This document shows positions 30,913 through 48,282 of a DNA stretch of 64,000 nucleotides, piece after piece. The stretch is from the human T2T-CHM13v2.0 reference genome, Homo sapiens. The stretch spans positions 34,848,001 to 34,912,000 of the forward strand of contig CP068257.2 in the NCBI GenBank assembly GCA_009914755.4. Direction: 5' to 3'. Numbering within the stretch: the first letter of the stretch is position 1; every line of letters begins with the position of its first letter. The position numbers were made by a program, and so were the translations under genes. The notes under the pieces were generated by a model. The model made no database searches, was not told the DNA's origin, and worked only from the letters and a program-made list of their open reading frames with translations.

Positions 30913-31547
30913 TGGAGAAGAAAGCAGAGGAAGGAAGGAAAGAAGGGTGGAAGGAAGGAAGGGAGGAGGGGAGGAAGGGAGGGAGGAAGGGAGGAAGGAA
31001 GGGAGGGAGGAAGGGAGGAAGGGAGGGAGGGAGGGAGGGAGGAAGGGAGGGAGGAAGGGAGGGAGGGAGGAAGGGAGGGAGGGAGGAAGGGAGGGAGGAA
31101 GGGAGGGAGGGAGGGAGGGAGGAAGGGAGGGAGGGAGGGAGGGAGGGAGGGAGGAAGGGAGGGAGGTAGGGAGGGAGGGAGGGAGGGAGGGAGGGAGGGA
31201 GGAAGGGAGGGAGGGAGGGAGGAAGGGAGGGAGGGAGGAAAGAAGGGAGGAAGGAAGGGAGGGAGGGAGGAAGGGAGGGAGGGAGGGAGGAAGGGAGGGA
31301 GGGAGGAAGGAAGGGAGGGAGGGAGGAAGGGAGGGAGGGAGGGAGGAAGGGAGGGAGGAAGGGAGGGAGGGAGGAAGGGAGGTAGGGAGGGAGGGAGGGA
31401 GGGAGGGAGGGAGGAAGGGAGGGAGGGAGGGAGGAAGGGAGGGAGGAAGGAAGGGAGGGAGGGAGGGAGGGAGGAAGGGAGGGAGGAAGGGAGGGAGGGA
31501 GGGAGGGAGGAAGGGAGGGAGGGAGGGAGGGAGGAAGGGAGGGAGGC
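30913..31547. repeat. Very long (GGAA)n/(GGGA)n polypurine/polypyrimidine microsatellite, ~630 bp with occasional GGTA/AGAA variants
   Basis: Direct read: gaaggaaggaaagaagggtggaaggaaggaagggaggaggggaggaagggagggaggaagggagg... Uninterrupted purines on the plus strand, ending ...gggaggcaggcggcaggcacacgcacac. Confidence 0.97.
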
Positions 31548-32124
31548 AGGCGGCAGGCACACGCACACAGGCTCTCTTTGCTTTCCAACAGGAAGGGGCT
31601 CAGGGTCTGTTTTCTTTTCCCTTCCTTTCAGATGGATCTTTCATATCTCCAATAACTCTTATCTTTCAGCAAACTCCAACAGGCCCCAAACGAGCTGAGA
31701 AAATATCCAACTTCAAAGGTTTTGCACAAATCATCTTAAAGGCCTGACCTAAGCCCGGAAAGCCGGAACGAAGCCCAGAAATCAGTCCTCATTTCATCGC
31801 CGTTTAGCCAAGACACCTTTCCCGTCCACAGATCACATCTGCCCCCTTCTGCCCCCGCCCAGGTCCCAACCACCTTGAGACACCTGCGTGATCCATCCTC
31901 AAAGCAATGAGTTAGGAGCCGCACTCCTGGTCCTTGGCCGGTGGCTTCAGTGTTATTCCGGGGGGCTGGGTGGGGGCACCTGTGGGGACTGCCCCGTGAG
32001 GCTGTGGTTTAATTTCCTTTGCTACTTTCCTTAGCTCTTCAGTCTCAGTCTCAGCCACTGAAATGTGTCTTGGCCACTGGTGGTACAGCACAGGGTGACA
32101 CTGTTGTCAGCGAGAGGAAGATGC

Positions 32125-32418
32125 TTTTTTTTTTTTTGAGATGGAGTTTTGCTCTGTTGCCCAGGCTGGAGTGCAGTGGTGCAATCTTGGCTCACTGCAA
32201 CCTCCACCGCCCGGGGTTCAAGCGATTCTCCTGTCTCAGCCTCATGAGTAGCTGGGATTACAGGCACCCACCACCATGCCCAGCTAATTTTTGTATTCTT
32301 AGTAGAGATGGGGTTTTGCCATATTGGCCAGGCTGGTGTCGAACTCCTGACCTCAGGCGGTCCACCTGCCTTGGCCTCCCAAAGTGCTGGGATTATAGAC
32401 ATGAGCCACTGCGCCCAG
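32125..32418 (-). mobile_element. Alu SINE with TSD aggaagatgc
   Basis: Poly-T, then gagatggagttttgctctgttgcccaggctggagtgcagtggtgcaatc...gacatgagccactgcgcccag. Flanks are gagaggaagatgc and acaggaagatgcg. Confidence 0.92.
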
Positions 32419-33343
32419 ACAGGAAGATGCGTTTGTGAGCCGGGACAATTGTGAGTGGAAAGAGAAGAAAAAAAGTAAAATAATAATACTAATAATGCCT
32501 TTTCTCTGGTCCTGGAAGATCTATATGAACTTGTATTTTACATCTCTTGTCTGGATTTAGCTGTGAAAGACCAGTAGACCAACTGGTGGGAAAAATACTT
32601 GCACGGCAGCAGGTTGTTTGAATAAAATAGGAGATTTCCAGTCTCAGATTGGATACATGCACTTAATATCAGCAGACTTGTTGTGAGTATAAGCCTCTAT
32701 AAACTGAGCACTGTTGCAGGCGATGGGGACGTGGAACTGGTAGGACCGATGGCTAAGCTCTCTTCCCCTCCACCCTGGAAAAAATGAACATAGGATCTGG
32801 CTGTGGCAGACAGCAGCCTACAGAAAGGTGGGGGCACCTCTCAGCTGGCCTTCAGCTCCAATACAGACACGGGAAAACCAGTCTCAGTTCAGGTCTGGGC
32901 CCCACTGGCTGCGTCTGCCTGGACACCATCAGCCCTGCACGAAGGTGGCCGCTGAGGGGCCCTCATGGGGGCTGAAATTCAACCAAGGCTTGATTCCTGC
33001 CTGAGGTGCCAGGAACCTGTCCCTTTCTTCTAGGTGGTTCGCTCAGCAAGGGTACTTTTTGTAATTCAGCCACCCAGATGGGAGTGTCCTCTTGCACTCC
33101 ATCCATCTGGATGAAGCACCTTTATTTTCTAATTTGGCCAGTTTCAGGGCACATGACAATCACCGATATGACAGAAGGGTAACCTTTCTGGGGTTGCATC
33201 TTAGGAAATTTCATTGAAGGAGGAGTAGAGAGATGATATCATTGACCACAGGACTCAAGAAATAAGCCCAGAGCACACATCGGTTTTGTGGGGGCAATGA
33301 ACCCCGCAACTGCGGGAAACTGACCTTCAGCACTTTGATGTGA

Positions 33344-33505
<162 letters not shown>

Positions 33506-34287
33506 TGAAACCTGCATACACACAGCCTTTTTGTTTTATGGGCTGGGTTCCTACAGAGAGTTATGAATGGAGGATTGAGTGCATTTAGGCTATTAGTAGA
33601 AAGTGATCAAGATTAGAATAGAGTGGCTTATCTGTGTTTAGAGTCTCTAAAGTTGTTGCAGGGGGCTTGTTGCAATGTCCGTACCAGGGCCCCAACCCAG
33701 ACCTACCGAATCAGAATTTCAGGAGGGGAGGTTAGGAATCTGTGGTTTTATGTCAGCCCCTGTTCCAGTCCACGTGACTCTTATGCATCATGATGTTGAG
33801 ATTCACTGATTTAGACACGCAGACAATAAATACTGATTCTTGGACTACAGAGCCAAAGACAAATCGAGTGACGTATTCTAGCTCATGGAGCCAGCTGGGC
33901 AAAGCCAGCAGGGATTTATTGCTCCTTAGATGATCAAAGCTGCCCCCAGGGCTGCTGTCATCTCCTGATGACGAGCAACATTTTCACAACATCAGGGGGT
34001 TGGTGGAGAAAATCGGGGGGTCTCCGGAGCAACCCCGGGAGCAGTACTGGGCCCAGAAGCCCGCCCCAGCCGCGCACACAGAGTCTACCTGTCTTCCAAT
34101 GCGAGTCCCGCGAGGTGAAGAATTAGAGCATGTTGTTCATTATAATGTTTGCTTTGCTTTTGGAAACACCCTGGGGCAACTCAGGCAAGGTTTTCAATGT
34201 GGTGTTTGACTTGGCTTAGCTGCAAAGTTCCCCCTTTTTGGTCTGTTTATGGCAAGTTAGCACACGGTCCCATATCCAGGAGCCTAA

Positions 34288-34866
<579 letters not shown>

Positions 34867-35449
34867 TAGCTCCCTCTTTCTTACATATTTTCTTTTCTTT
34901 TTACAAAGTCAACCCACTTTCAGTAGGAAGTTGCCGATTCTTTCTCATGTTTACTTTTGAGTTTCAAATAGACACCGCCTTATCTTTTAATAAGACTTGC
35001 TATCACTGTGCCAGCCACTCCATTTACATCATTTCATTTCATCTGCACAGAACTCTACGCAGGGGGTATGATTAGATCGCATTTAATGATGAGAAAGCAA
35101 ACTCGGAGAGCTTAAATCAGCGGCCCAAGGTAGCCCAGCTAACACCCGGGGGGTGCGGCTCAGCCGCAGGTCTTCTCAGCGATGTGGTTGCTGTCTGCCT
35201 GGCTAATGGCCTGCCACATCCTGAACCCTTCAATGTCACCCTCATCTTTCCTTCTCTGCCTTAGAAGAGAAAAGGATGATGGCTTATCTGAGGGCTGAAA
35301 GATTTCATCCACATCAAGCCCCATTTGCATGAAATGTATCTGCCCAGTTTATATCAGCAACATGAAGAGCAAAGAAAACTGCCTGTTTATATTGCCACAT
35401 CTGCAGGGCATTGAAATACATTATTAATGGGAGTTTCAGTCAATATCTC

Positions 35450-35451
<2 letters not shown>

Positions 35452-35484
<33 letters not shown>
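35452..35484. repeat. (T)33 homopolymer
   Basis: Direct read; no recognisable SINE body adjoins it. Confidence 0.95.
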
Positions 35485-35488
<4 letters not shown>

Positions 35489-37173
35489 AAGTGAAACCAT
35501 GATTGGGTTACATTAGTGTGAGTTGTAGAAACCAGGTTAAATCTGACCTTTGGGACATGGAGACGGTCATCTGACCCAGGGCGGGTCACATTCAAAGAGC
35601 ACAGACAAGGTCCCCCTGAAGTCAGTGGGACATTTGGGCCTGAGACTATGAAACTGAACTAGAACTTATGGGCTTTAGGGAACAAGCCCAAAAGCTCCTA
35701 AATTTCCTCCTTGAAGATCTCCTCGCTACTGTTTTTCTTCTAGATATTCTGCTGCTTTGACAGGTACGCCACCCCCTGTCTCCAAACTCACACGTTCAAC
35801 CCAGTGATGGGTGGAGACTGGGAGGCTCTGTTAGTCTCTCTTTTCAGTAGCCTGGCCCTAAATTAAAGGGCCCATGGTTTTCTCTAGTTGAACACACCCC
35901 AGGCTCCCAGCCAGCCCCTGGCCCTCGAGAGGGGTTGTTTTTGATGGCAGGAGGGAGATAAAAGTGAATGTATTTTAGGATCTTGTTACTAGGCCACAAG
36001 GAAACACTGGATGGAAAGTCTTATGAATTTGAAAAGACCTTTTTTTTTTTTTTTAAATCAAATCCAAGGAACCCAAAAGGCGTTAAGCTATTGTTTAAAC
36101 ATAGACCCAGTGCCCAAACCCTGCACACTAGTTTGTAGAGGTTGGAAGAGGCAGGATGGAAGGGGTTAATGGTGCTATTCTTTCTTGAATATTCTGTAAC
36201 ACACCACAATGAGCCAAAAGCAGTCACAGGGAACCGTCATGAGGAGTAGCATGTTTTTACCTATGTTAACTCCAACATCCGCAATAGCTGAACCTTAGAA
36301 TTATTATCCGAATTGTGCATACCAGGAAACAACAGATTTGATGAGTTTAATAACTTGTCCAACATTACAAAGTTAGCAAGAGGTAGGGTCCAGAAATGAA
36401 CAGGGTCCTTTCTTCTGCAGGCTGGCTCCCATGAAATACTATTCTTATGCCTGTTGAGGTCTGATGTGGTATCACATTATACTACTGGACCAGCTAGGGG
36501 GTCAAGAGCATTATGCCATCTCTGTAGTATGCTTAGGGGTCAGTCCTGAAATGAGCAGAGTTCACTTTCAGCCATGAAAAGGATATTCCGAGGAACTGAT
36601 ATCTTAGATTGCTTTCTTTTAGTGCATAGACATCACTTGAGAGGCTTCATGTTACTGAGACATCTTGTAAACTTTACAGCTACTGTTTTACACTTCATCA
36701 GCATTCCTGATCTTATTATGGTGTTCACTTCAAATAATGTTGGGTGTGTAAGAATCAAATGCAAATTGTACAGTATTTGACACGGATGTCTTTAGGAGCC
36801 AATATTTCCTTAAATATCATGGTTTCAGTGTTATCCACTAATGCTTTAATAGATAGGGTTTCTTTGCATTCATAAATGGTAATAAAGATACGAGTTGTCT
36901 ACTATAAAACCAAACACTTATATTTCCCAACTACTAAAACATCTATGTAATCTTGAATCCATCTGACCTAAAGGAAGGAAAATGTTCTCAACCCAGGCTA
37001 CACATTAGAACACTTGGGAAGCTTTGAAAAATTCTTAATGAATGGGCCCCACTCCTAGACCAATTAATTCAGATCTCTGAGAAGTGTGGTCTGAGAACTG
37101 ATGGTTTAGAAAACTGTACAGACAGTTCTAACATGCAGCCAGCTTGAGAACTACTGGGTTTAGACAAGAATGG

Positions 37174-37812
<639 letters not shown>

Positions 37813-38169
37813 AGCCAAGAATGGATTTTTAAATTAATGGAGTTAGGTCTGATTAATATCAATGCATTAATGTATAAATGTCTACATTATGCATTACAAT
37901 AAACAGTTTTGAATATAACACAACTAAAATATATGCAATGAATACAATACATACAGTAAGTCATTAGCTTCCAGGTATAAGTAGATGCTCAATAAATATT
38001 ACTGAGTTACTGAATGAATGGCATCCTACAAAGTTTTATATGAAAAATTATATTTTGATGAAATTAAGATGCCATCAATTGTAAGATGTAGTATCACTGA
38101 TAAAGAAAATAGATTCATTAAATTATGACATGCTATCTAGTATGTCACACCCTAACTTCAAAAATGTTA

Positions 38170-38463
<294 letters not shown>

Positions 38464-40314
38464 TACAATATTTTGAAATTACTGTATTCTCTTTTTCTGC
38501 TTAGTCTAGGCCAACTGTTATACCATTAACTTCCACTAGATGCCGCTGTGACCTGCTACTTCAGGTTCCGAAAGGCAATCTGAAAGCCAATTTTCTCCAA
38601 GGATTTAAAATTGAAATAATTCACCCCCTTTAAAGACAAAAGATATTTTAACCACCTCATATTTTAGGGGGTTGTGGCTCATTCTTTCTTTGTGTTAAGA
38701 CCTATCTGAAGTATCTCATGAAGTGTACAATTATTTAAAAAGGAAACTGAAAAGTTTTAATGGCTTGATAGAAAACAATTGCTTCCCTTTTATCCACATC
38801 CCCAAATTTCACATTTTGCGTGTAACTCATGACTAGTCTGCAGTGGGTTATAGAGAAGAGATGGTAACACTGATAGGAAGGCTGATGTTGACTTCAATGA
38901 AATAAGAAGTAAAACTTGAAGGAAAGAGTATGACATCTTCTGATTTGAAGACAGCAGATCATGGTACCCTGTACCCATGAGTCACTGCTCCCAGAGATAG
39001 GAAAAGCTGGGTGGAAAAGAAAATTTGGGCTGATAGGACTGGGTCCTGAGCTTGAAGCCAAGCCCAGTGTTAACCCTGGGCATTGACCCAGGCCCTCCCT
39101 GACTGAAAATCTGGAAGATTTTCCCTGCTGGGTGAGAATCACTTTTTCAGCAAAACAATACAAGCTTTAGGGCCAAAAGGAAGCCCATGAAGCTTCCAGA
39201 GACGTGCTTAGAGCAATGCTGCTCAAATTCTTACCAATCTCCACTATATGAGAACAGAAATGGACAGTAAGTATCTCAAAACTTGTATAACAAATTTAAA
39301 CAGGTTTACGTCTGCTAAATCTAATAAAAAGAAATCAGGATTGTATTTCATATGTCTTTGTTTCATATTTCATTTTTCCAGTAATTCAATTCTTTTAGTA
39401 TTTTACAAAAGTATTGGTCCATAATAGATTGGAATTTTTAAAAAAATAGCCCTTCAGCCCAGATAGCTTTTGAAGCACTGCAGACAGCCCACCCCAAGCT
39501 GCTGGAGGAGGCAATTCCAGGACGATGAAGCCATCATACTCCTGAATAATGTTCTAGTAGACCAAACAGCTAAGAAAGGGCTGAAGAACAGGAGCACTTA
39601 GATGATAAAGGACAGGATGACTGGAGAGCTAAAAAGAAATCCTAAGAACAGAACACCTCGGGGAGTCCCAGCCTCTGAACCCACAGTCAGCAGCTCACCA
39701 GAACCTAACATTTCTGCAAAGGCTCAGAGATTCCACCATTGCCACTCCCAGCAGTTCGCCTGCCCAATGTAGACAATCAGCCTAGCACTGACTTTGGGAC
39801 AAGAGGATCTCAGGTGGTTACAGTGAAAAGAAAATGCAAAACCACTCAGGATTGCCCAAGTCTGACATATTTAGGTTCAGAAGAGAAACACACAGAGAGG
39901 TCCATTGTTAACCCCTTCCTGGTTTGATCCACCCAAAGCCAGCCGGCTTGGATGGAGGGGAGGCGTAAGGCACTGTGGACTTCCATTTATGGGTAACTGC
40001 GAGCTGGCTTTTGTCTTCTCTGAAAAATGCCCTGTTACACTAGCATACTGTCAGTGTCTTTTTTGGATAGCCATTTGGTAATATCTATCAAAATGTAAAC
40101 AGTGAATACTCTTCAACTCAGCTATTTCTCTGCTAGAAATTCATCCCCCAGTTATACTCCTAAAGTAAGCAAAGACATAAATAATACAGGATTCAATACT
40201 CTCTGGCTCTTTCTGAGAGAATAAAACTGGATAAAATGTAAATGTCCTTTATAAGAGATTAGTTACATAACTACGGTACAGCCACACAGATTAGTATGCA
40301 CCATTAAAAGATTA

Positions 40315-40735
<421 letters not shown>

Positions 40736-40952
40736 ACAAATGCATTTCTGTCATGCAGAGAGACCTTCTGAGGGCTGCACAAAAAGCCGTTCACAGCGAT
40801 CACCTCTGGGGGGTGGAGCCAAGGGTCAAGGTCGGGGAGGACTTTCATTTTTAACTTCACACTCTTGTATGTGGTCTGACGTTTTAAAAAGCAAAATTGT
40901 ATCAATTTAATAGGGAGCAAGGTATCTATTGCAGAGTATCAAGAGTTACAAG

Positions 40953-41253
<301 letters not shown>

Positions 41254-41585
41254 GCACTACAGGAAATGGCAGCAAATATCAGTCAGCCAAAGACACAACC
41301 TGACACAAGCGGCTGCACAAAATAGTAGTTGCCCTTAAGCTCAAGGGACATCAACAAGGAAAAAACACACAACTCCCAGTGTTCTCTCAACCCATGGCTG
41401 TGTATATCTTTTAGTGATGAGCCTTGGGGACCCCATAAAACCCAGAGGAACATGTGGCAGAGGACCCAAGGCTTCCAGGGATTGTGGCCATCACCAGGTG
41501 AGAAAGCCCAGAGACAACCGCTTGAGTGTTTAATTACTATGTGAAAATGGAATGAGAGGGAAGGAAATTGGGTTTGGTTACTTCA

Positions 41586-41963
<378 letters not shown>

Positions 41964-43705
41964 TTACAAACGGGACACACACATTTCCTGTTTAATTCCA
42001 CCCTGCACAGTGCTGATTCACTATGATACCATTGGTCTCAGAAATACTTTTCTTAAAAGTTGTATATAATTACCACATATATACACATAAATAAAAATAT
42101 ACACACATATATGTGTATACATGCACACACACATACATATCACACTCTGTGCTCTCAGCCAGGGAGAGCTGGGGAAGGAGATTGTCTTTGGAGTCCTTAG
42201 CACATTACACTATATTACAAATGCTCTTGGCCGAAGAGTATTCTCAGTGCTGTCCTGAGTTGTGTTCTGCAAAATGCACTGTTTATTCCACTGTGATCTT
42301 CCTTTCTGCCACTCATTTCATGTTCTAGGGAACAGTTTTGACTCACAGTTATGGGTAAAAGGTGTTTGAGTGATTGTTCTAGACTCACCCTAAAGAGACC
42401 AAGGAAGAATATTATGCCAAGTGTCAAAAAGCTACTTTCCAGGCAGCTCAAGTTGCCTTCATGGAAATGATGAAGGAAGCAGAGGGTGAAGTTTAAGGAC
42501 AGGTGGAAATCCTTCACAATCCTATCGGGCATCATTAACAGCACTGTAAGGCTGGGAGAGATGACCAAGGGGATTTGAAAACAGCATTAGGGTAGGAAGC
42601 CGGAATTAAGCTTATAAAGACCCATAGAGCACGCAGTCCTTCTATGTCATGGCCTATCTGACAGATGCGTTGGGGGGCCCCGGAGAGCCAGGAGTAGTGG
42701 GCAGAGGGCAAGCAAGCACAGAGCCATCCTCTACAGTGGTCAGAGGGCAAGCAAGCACAGAGCCACCCTCTACAAGGACACCGGAGCACTGAGGCCATTG
42801 CTCTTGGGAAGAAACCACCGAGGTTTCTGTTAGCCAGGGTGGGCCAGCTGAATGTCTGCAACATCACTGAAAACAGTCACAAGTTGGAGAGACAATGGTC
42901 TTTTTAGCACTCCCCTTGGGGGAAGCAGTGTGGGAGATGGAAGGTTCTGGAGTAAGGGGTTATGCCTCGAGGGGCTGGCTTCAGGACATTGTCCTGTGGG
43001 TTGGTAGGCGTCCTTAATTGTGGGGCTTTTGTTTTGCTGAGAGGAGGCTGCAAGTTTGAGGCAAAAAATGAATTCTCTGGAGGTAAAGAAGCCGCTGAGG
43101 CTGCTCCCCGCTGGCCCTTTCTTCCTGCTGGGCCTTTCCTTTATTTATTTAGAGTACTCAGCCTTTCCTCTAGGTAAATATTGAAAGAATATATAAAAAC
43201 CAATAGTTTAAACAGTGTCAAATTATTATCCTGTCTCCACCTGGCCCTGGGCATGGCTGCGGTGTGTATTGTGCTAGGTTCTGACTCTCTTTGGTTGAGC
43301 AGGAGGCGGCCCTAGCGCCACAGGTGGAGATGGCTGCCCACCTGCTGTGAAGGCACTTACGGTGTCCGCCATCTTGGGAGCAGCTCAGACCGGAAACCAC
43401 AGGCTGGAGAACGCAACTGGGAATGGAAAGCAGGAGTGGCTCTTTGTGTTGCTTTGGGCTGAATTAGGAGAAGGGTAGATGTTTGGAGGTGGTGTTGGCT
43501 GCAGGGAAGAAGGAGTTAGAATGGGATGAAAATTTTTGGCCCAGAGAAGGGGAGCAGTGGTTGTTGGCTGAGGCATTTATTGAAGGATTCCCATGGAGAA
43601 GATACATATGGTTGGGGGCAGAGTCCCTGTTGAGAGGGAGTGCTGCCGGTTCCATACAGAAATTCCTTCTCCCTGACAACCGCAGATGTCTTAGCAGCAT
43701 TGCTT

Positions 43706-44011
<306 letters not shown>

Positions 44012-47000
44012 CAGCAGCATTGCTTTTAGACTGACAGCTTAGAAACCAAAAGTCTGTTTACTGGCCACCTACACAACCTGTCAATCCCTAAACAACCTGA
44101 AGGTTTAGTGCCCTACCATAGACACCCTGTAACCCATTAAGAGGTCCAGCCTTTGCTACAGCAAATGGTGTAAACTCCCACGGCCCAGTTATGTCCAGGG
44201 CTCAGTTGGGTTTTTGGCCTCTTTATCCTCAAATGGGGAAAGCATAGCTCTGGGCCAGTCAAGCGCTGAGCTGATCCAAGACATTCTTCCACCCGCCAGA
44301 CTGGAAATACCGGAAAAGCGGTGGCAGCTGCCCTCAGAGGCAGTGTCAGTATTTTCTTTCCTTTTGGCCAGTTCCGTTTTGACTAGAAACTGGAATCATA
44401 ATTATAATGCTACATGTTTACAGATTTTAAGTAATTGATCCCTTGGAGTCCTCTTTTGGGGGAAAAGCATTCTACCCACCTCATACATCAGGAAAACAAG
44501 AGGCCATATGGTTTGGCTGGGCTGGGTGGTCTCTGGTGTCAGTAGGAGAGTGGAGACTGCGGCTTCAACAGTTCTTGACTTCTTGGCTTGTGTCCAGATC
44601 TCTGGGCCTTGCAGCCCCTAGAAAGGTGACACATGAGAAACCGAAGTGGACCAGACCATAAACTCTCAGGAGCAGTTACCTCTAGAGAGGAGGGCAGGCC
44701 TCGTGGCCCTGCCTGTGCCTGTTTCTCTTGGAGGGACAGGTTGGAGAGGAGGAAAACCCCTTACTACAGGAGTGTTTCACCTACCTTTAATTACCAGTTA
44801 AAACAAAACATTCTGTAATGAAAATTCCCCTTGAAAGAAACTCCAAGTTGCTGTGAAGGTTTCATCTTTCCCTTTTGAATCCCAAGGTCTGCAGCCATGT
44901 AATCCAATGTTGGTCTGGAAAAATATCTGGCTACAGAAAAACCCACATGGGGTGTTGGGGACGCCAGTAAAGGGCAGGAGGTTGGATCTTGTACAGTAGC
45001 CCTTAGCAAAATCCTTCAGGTCAAGCCCTGGTCTACTTATTAAGAACCCTCTTAACCCTTTTAATAAGAGGTAGATATGTTTTCTTCTGATTCTACCTTC
45101 TCTATTGCCAGCAATGTTTGTCCTCAATAAATTAATGTGAGTTGGTGGTGGATGTAGAAAAGGGGAGAAGGGAAACCTAGTTCTCCGATGGTTATGGCTA
45201 TTTCAAGATAAGGGAAGTGGCAGAAACACGGAGGGAGGCAGGCCGGGGAGCCTCCAACCCCAACAGGTGAAGACACACATAGAGGCATGCAAGTCAGCAA
45301 ACAAATTCAGGCTGGGTTCCCAGAGGGAAATGTTTGTGTTTTTTTCTAAGTGAGCAGGTGTAGTTAAGCACACCCTTTTCACGGTGCGTTGAAGCAGATT
45401 TCCAGCCCTGTTTGGAAGCACAACGTTGCCATCTCAATGGGTTGTCCTTCTGAACCCATAATAGCTGTTTACTTAGACCAGATCCTGTATTGCCTTGTGT
45501 CATTGTCCAATTTTCCTATGTGGATTTTACCAATTCAGTTGTAGATGTCTTAGTAACAGGGACCAGAATTTTTCCATAATCAATAGTAGTTTAAATGATT
45601 GAACAAAAAGTTTCCTCTTGTGTGCAATCAGCTGAGGAACGTAAACTAATTTCAGTCTCATTCCTAGTGCCTGATTTTTCTTCCATCATTCTAGGTTTCC
45701 TGTCTGGCCCACACTTCGAGAGTCCTCCCTGCTGCAGGGAGCACATCTGTGAGCCATGTGTTTCCTTTCTTTCCTCCTGTACAATGGTAATTTTTTTCTT
45801 AGCTACTACAGGAAGCCCAGCAGATTCAGATGTACAAGAAGCCACACCAAGACCTAAGATGATATTCACTGATGTTATCAGCAGGTTGATGCCAACATCT
45901 GCCTAGAGAGTGGTTACCCTGAGAAGTTTACCCCAGTTCTAAGTTTGGTTGGTCTGTTCTGAGGTGATAGCCTCGTACTGAAGTAATTTCTCCCCACCAA
46001 AGGGTCTAGAATAGGTTTATTTGTAATCTATTTTATGTAGCTGTGACTGCCTCAAGACACCTCAAAGGGTTATTAAGAGTGTGTGTCTAGGCATGTGGGT
46101 AACTGTTCCAGCTCAACAGCCTGTGAATACCATTAGTAGCCCTTGAAATGGATCTCCAGGAAGTGCTGACTGTTAATGACTCTGCCCTGATGCTCCTATG
46201 TGAGCAGAACAAAGAGATAATGTCTAAGTTTGCAGGTAGCTGAGCGCTCTAAATTGATGACTAGCTCAGGGAGAGGGAGGTGCTGTGCCATCCTAAGCCT
46301 AGAAGACATCGCCAAAGGAACAGTGGGAGATTAACAACTCTCCCATGTTAGGAGGGTGACTTGCCAAACTGATGGAAGAGTGACAAACTGATAGACTGTG
46401 GTGCTGTGTCCCTTCTACGAGCTGAGGGAGGGCTTCACCTGAGGCAGTCAGAAGTGCTAAGAGAAGATTTATGTGGTAAGGGAGAGGGAATCTTTCCAAC
46501 AATAGCTATTAATTGACTTTCATTTTGTAGAAGAATATTGTATTAAGTGTTTGGAGATAGGAAAAGTATGGCATGCTCTCAGGATGTTTATAATTTACTT
46601 GGGGAGATAAGGCACATGATTGAAAAGCTAGTAAAATACAAGACAATAGAATATCCACTCTCCGGAATAATATTCAGCCATTAACATGGATGAATTGGAT
46701 CCGTATGTACTCAGACTTGTGCAGGAAAAGGTCAGTAGCAGAACAAGACACCATCTATGTAAAAATTAAAGCAAAGCACACAGATGTGTGTGGACATATA
46801 TGTGTATGCATGTGAACATATCTGTGTATGCCTGTGAACATATGTGTGTATGCACACGGCTGAAGGGGGACTGGAGGAAAGCACGTGGAAAAAGAGCCAG
46901 AGGTTCCTCCTGGGGAGGGAAGTGAGACTGGGGAGGACAGAGAAGGGCACCTTTCATATTTTTACCACACATACTTTTGTATTGAATACATTATTTAGAA

Positions 47001-47940
47001 CAAGAAAGTCTTTCTATATTTCTTATGTAAAAAAGGAAAAGAATGAAAAACATAGCAACAAAGCAAGTACATGATTGATGCCAAGGGGTAACCCTAAAGG
47101 TAAAAGTGGTGGCGTAGTCTGCCCATCACCTCACAAACTCTGCTGCCGCTCCTCTTCCTCCTTGTTTACAGAATCCCATTTTTGCTCAGGAATCTACCTG
47201 CCTGTGTCTCACGAGATATCTGGAAAAACATAAAATCATGGTGGTCCCATCCCATCCCATCCCTCTGCAGTGATTTGTGGCACTTGGTCATGTGATGCCA
47301 TCAGGGCCAATGAGATTGGAGGAACTGTCCAGGGGGCTGCTGAGTAAAGCTTCTTTGCTCTTAAAAAGAAGAACAAAGAAGCCAAAGGACCACTTTTTCC
47401 TTCAACAGGATAGCACCGTTTCTGGATGTGATGACTGGCAATGTGGCAGCCATTTGAGCCTTAGGGAGCTATCCTGGGGACCAAGCCAAACTCTGAGGAT
47501 GTTGGTAGAAAGATGGAAAAGCCTGAATCCTTGAAGATATTGTTGAGCCACTGAATCAACCTACCCTGGAGCTGTCCTAGCTCAGGACTTCAGCTCCAGT
47601 GACAGAAGACATTTTTCTTTTTGTTAAAGCCAGCTGAGGTGGGGATATCTATTACCTTCCAACTCACATGCCAGTCACAGGAAGCCCTGTTTGTGAGGCT
47701 TCAAGCCCCTTGGGTGCATTTGAGGGGAAGTTTGAGTCCTCAGGGACATGCCCTCTGGGGACAAGAATGAGAAGGGGTCATAAGCCCTCTGTGGCTGGGG
47801 AGGCAGAGAAGTCATCCTGAGCTAGGGTCACTCTTTGCCCTGGCACCTCAGTGGGTGAGAGGAACTGCCAGGGTGAGGTAGGGAGATATATTTAATACAA
47901 GCAGCCCCTCAGTCTGGCCCCTGGGATATTTGATACGAGT

Positions 47941-48282
<342 letters not shown>

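Noticed and set aside
30913-31547. SVA retrotransposon as the source of the G-rich repeat
   Set aside because: SVA begins with a (CCCTCT)n hexamer and is followed by Alu-like, VNTR and SINE-R modules. Here the unit is a GGAA/GGGA tetramer with unique sequence on both sides and no SINE-R or HERV-K-like segment.
30845-31747. Very long ORFs (247-297 aa on both strands), rich in GREG/SLPP repeats
   Set aside because: They are translations of the (GGAA/GGGA)n microsatellite. The sequence has periodic 4-nt units, extreme low complexity, and equivalent ORFs in multiple frames and on both strands.
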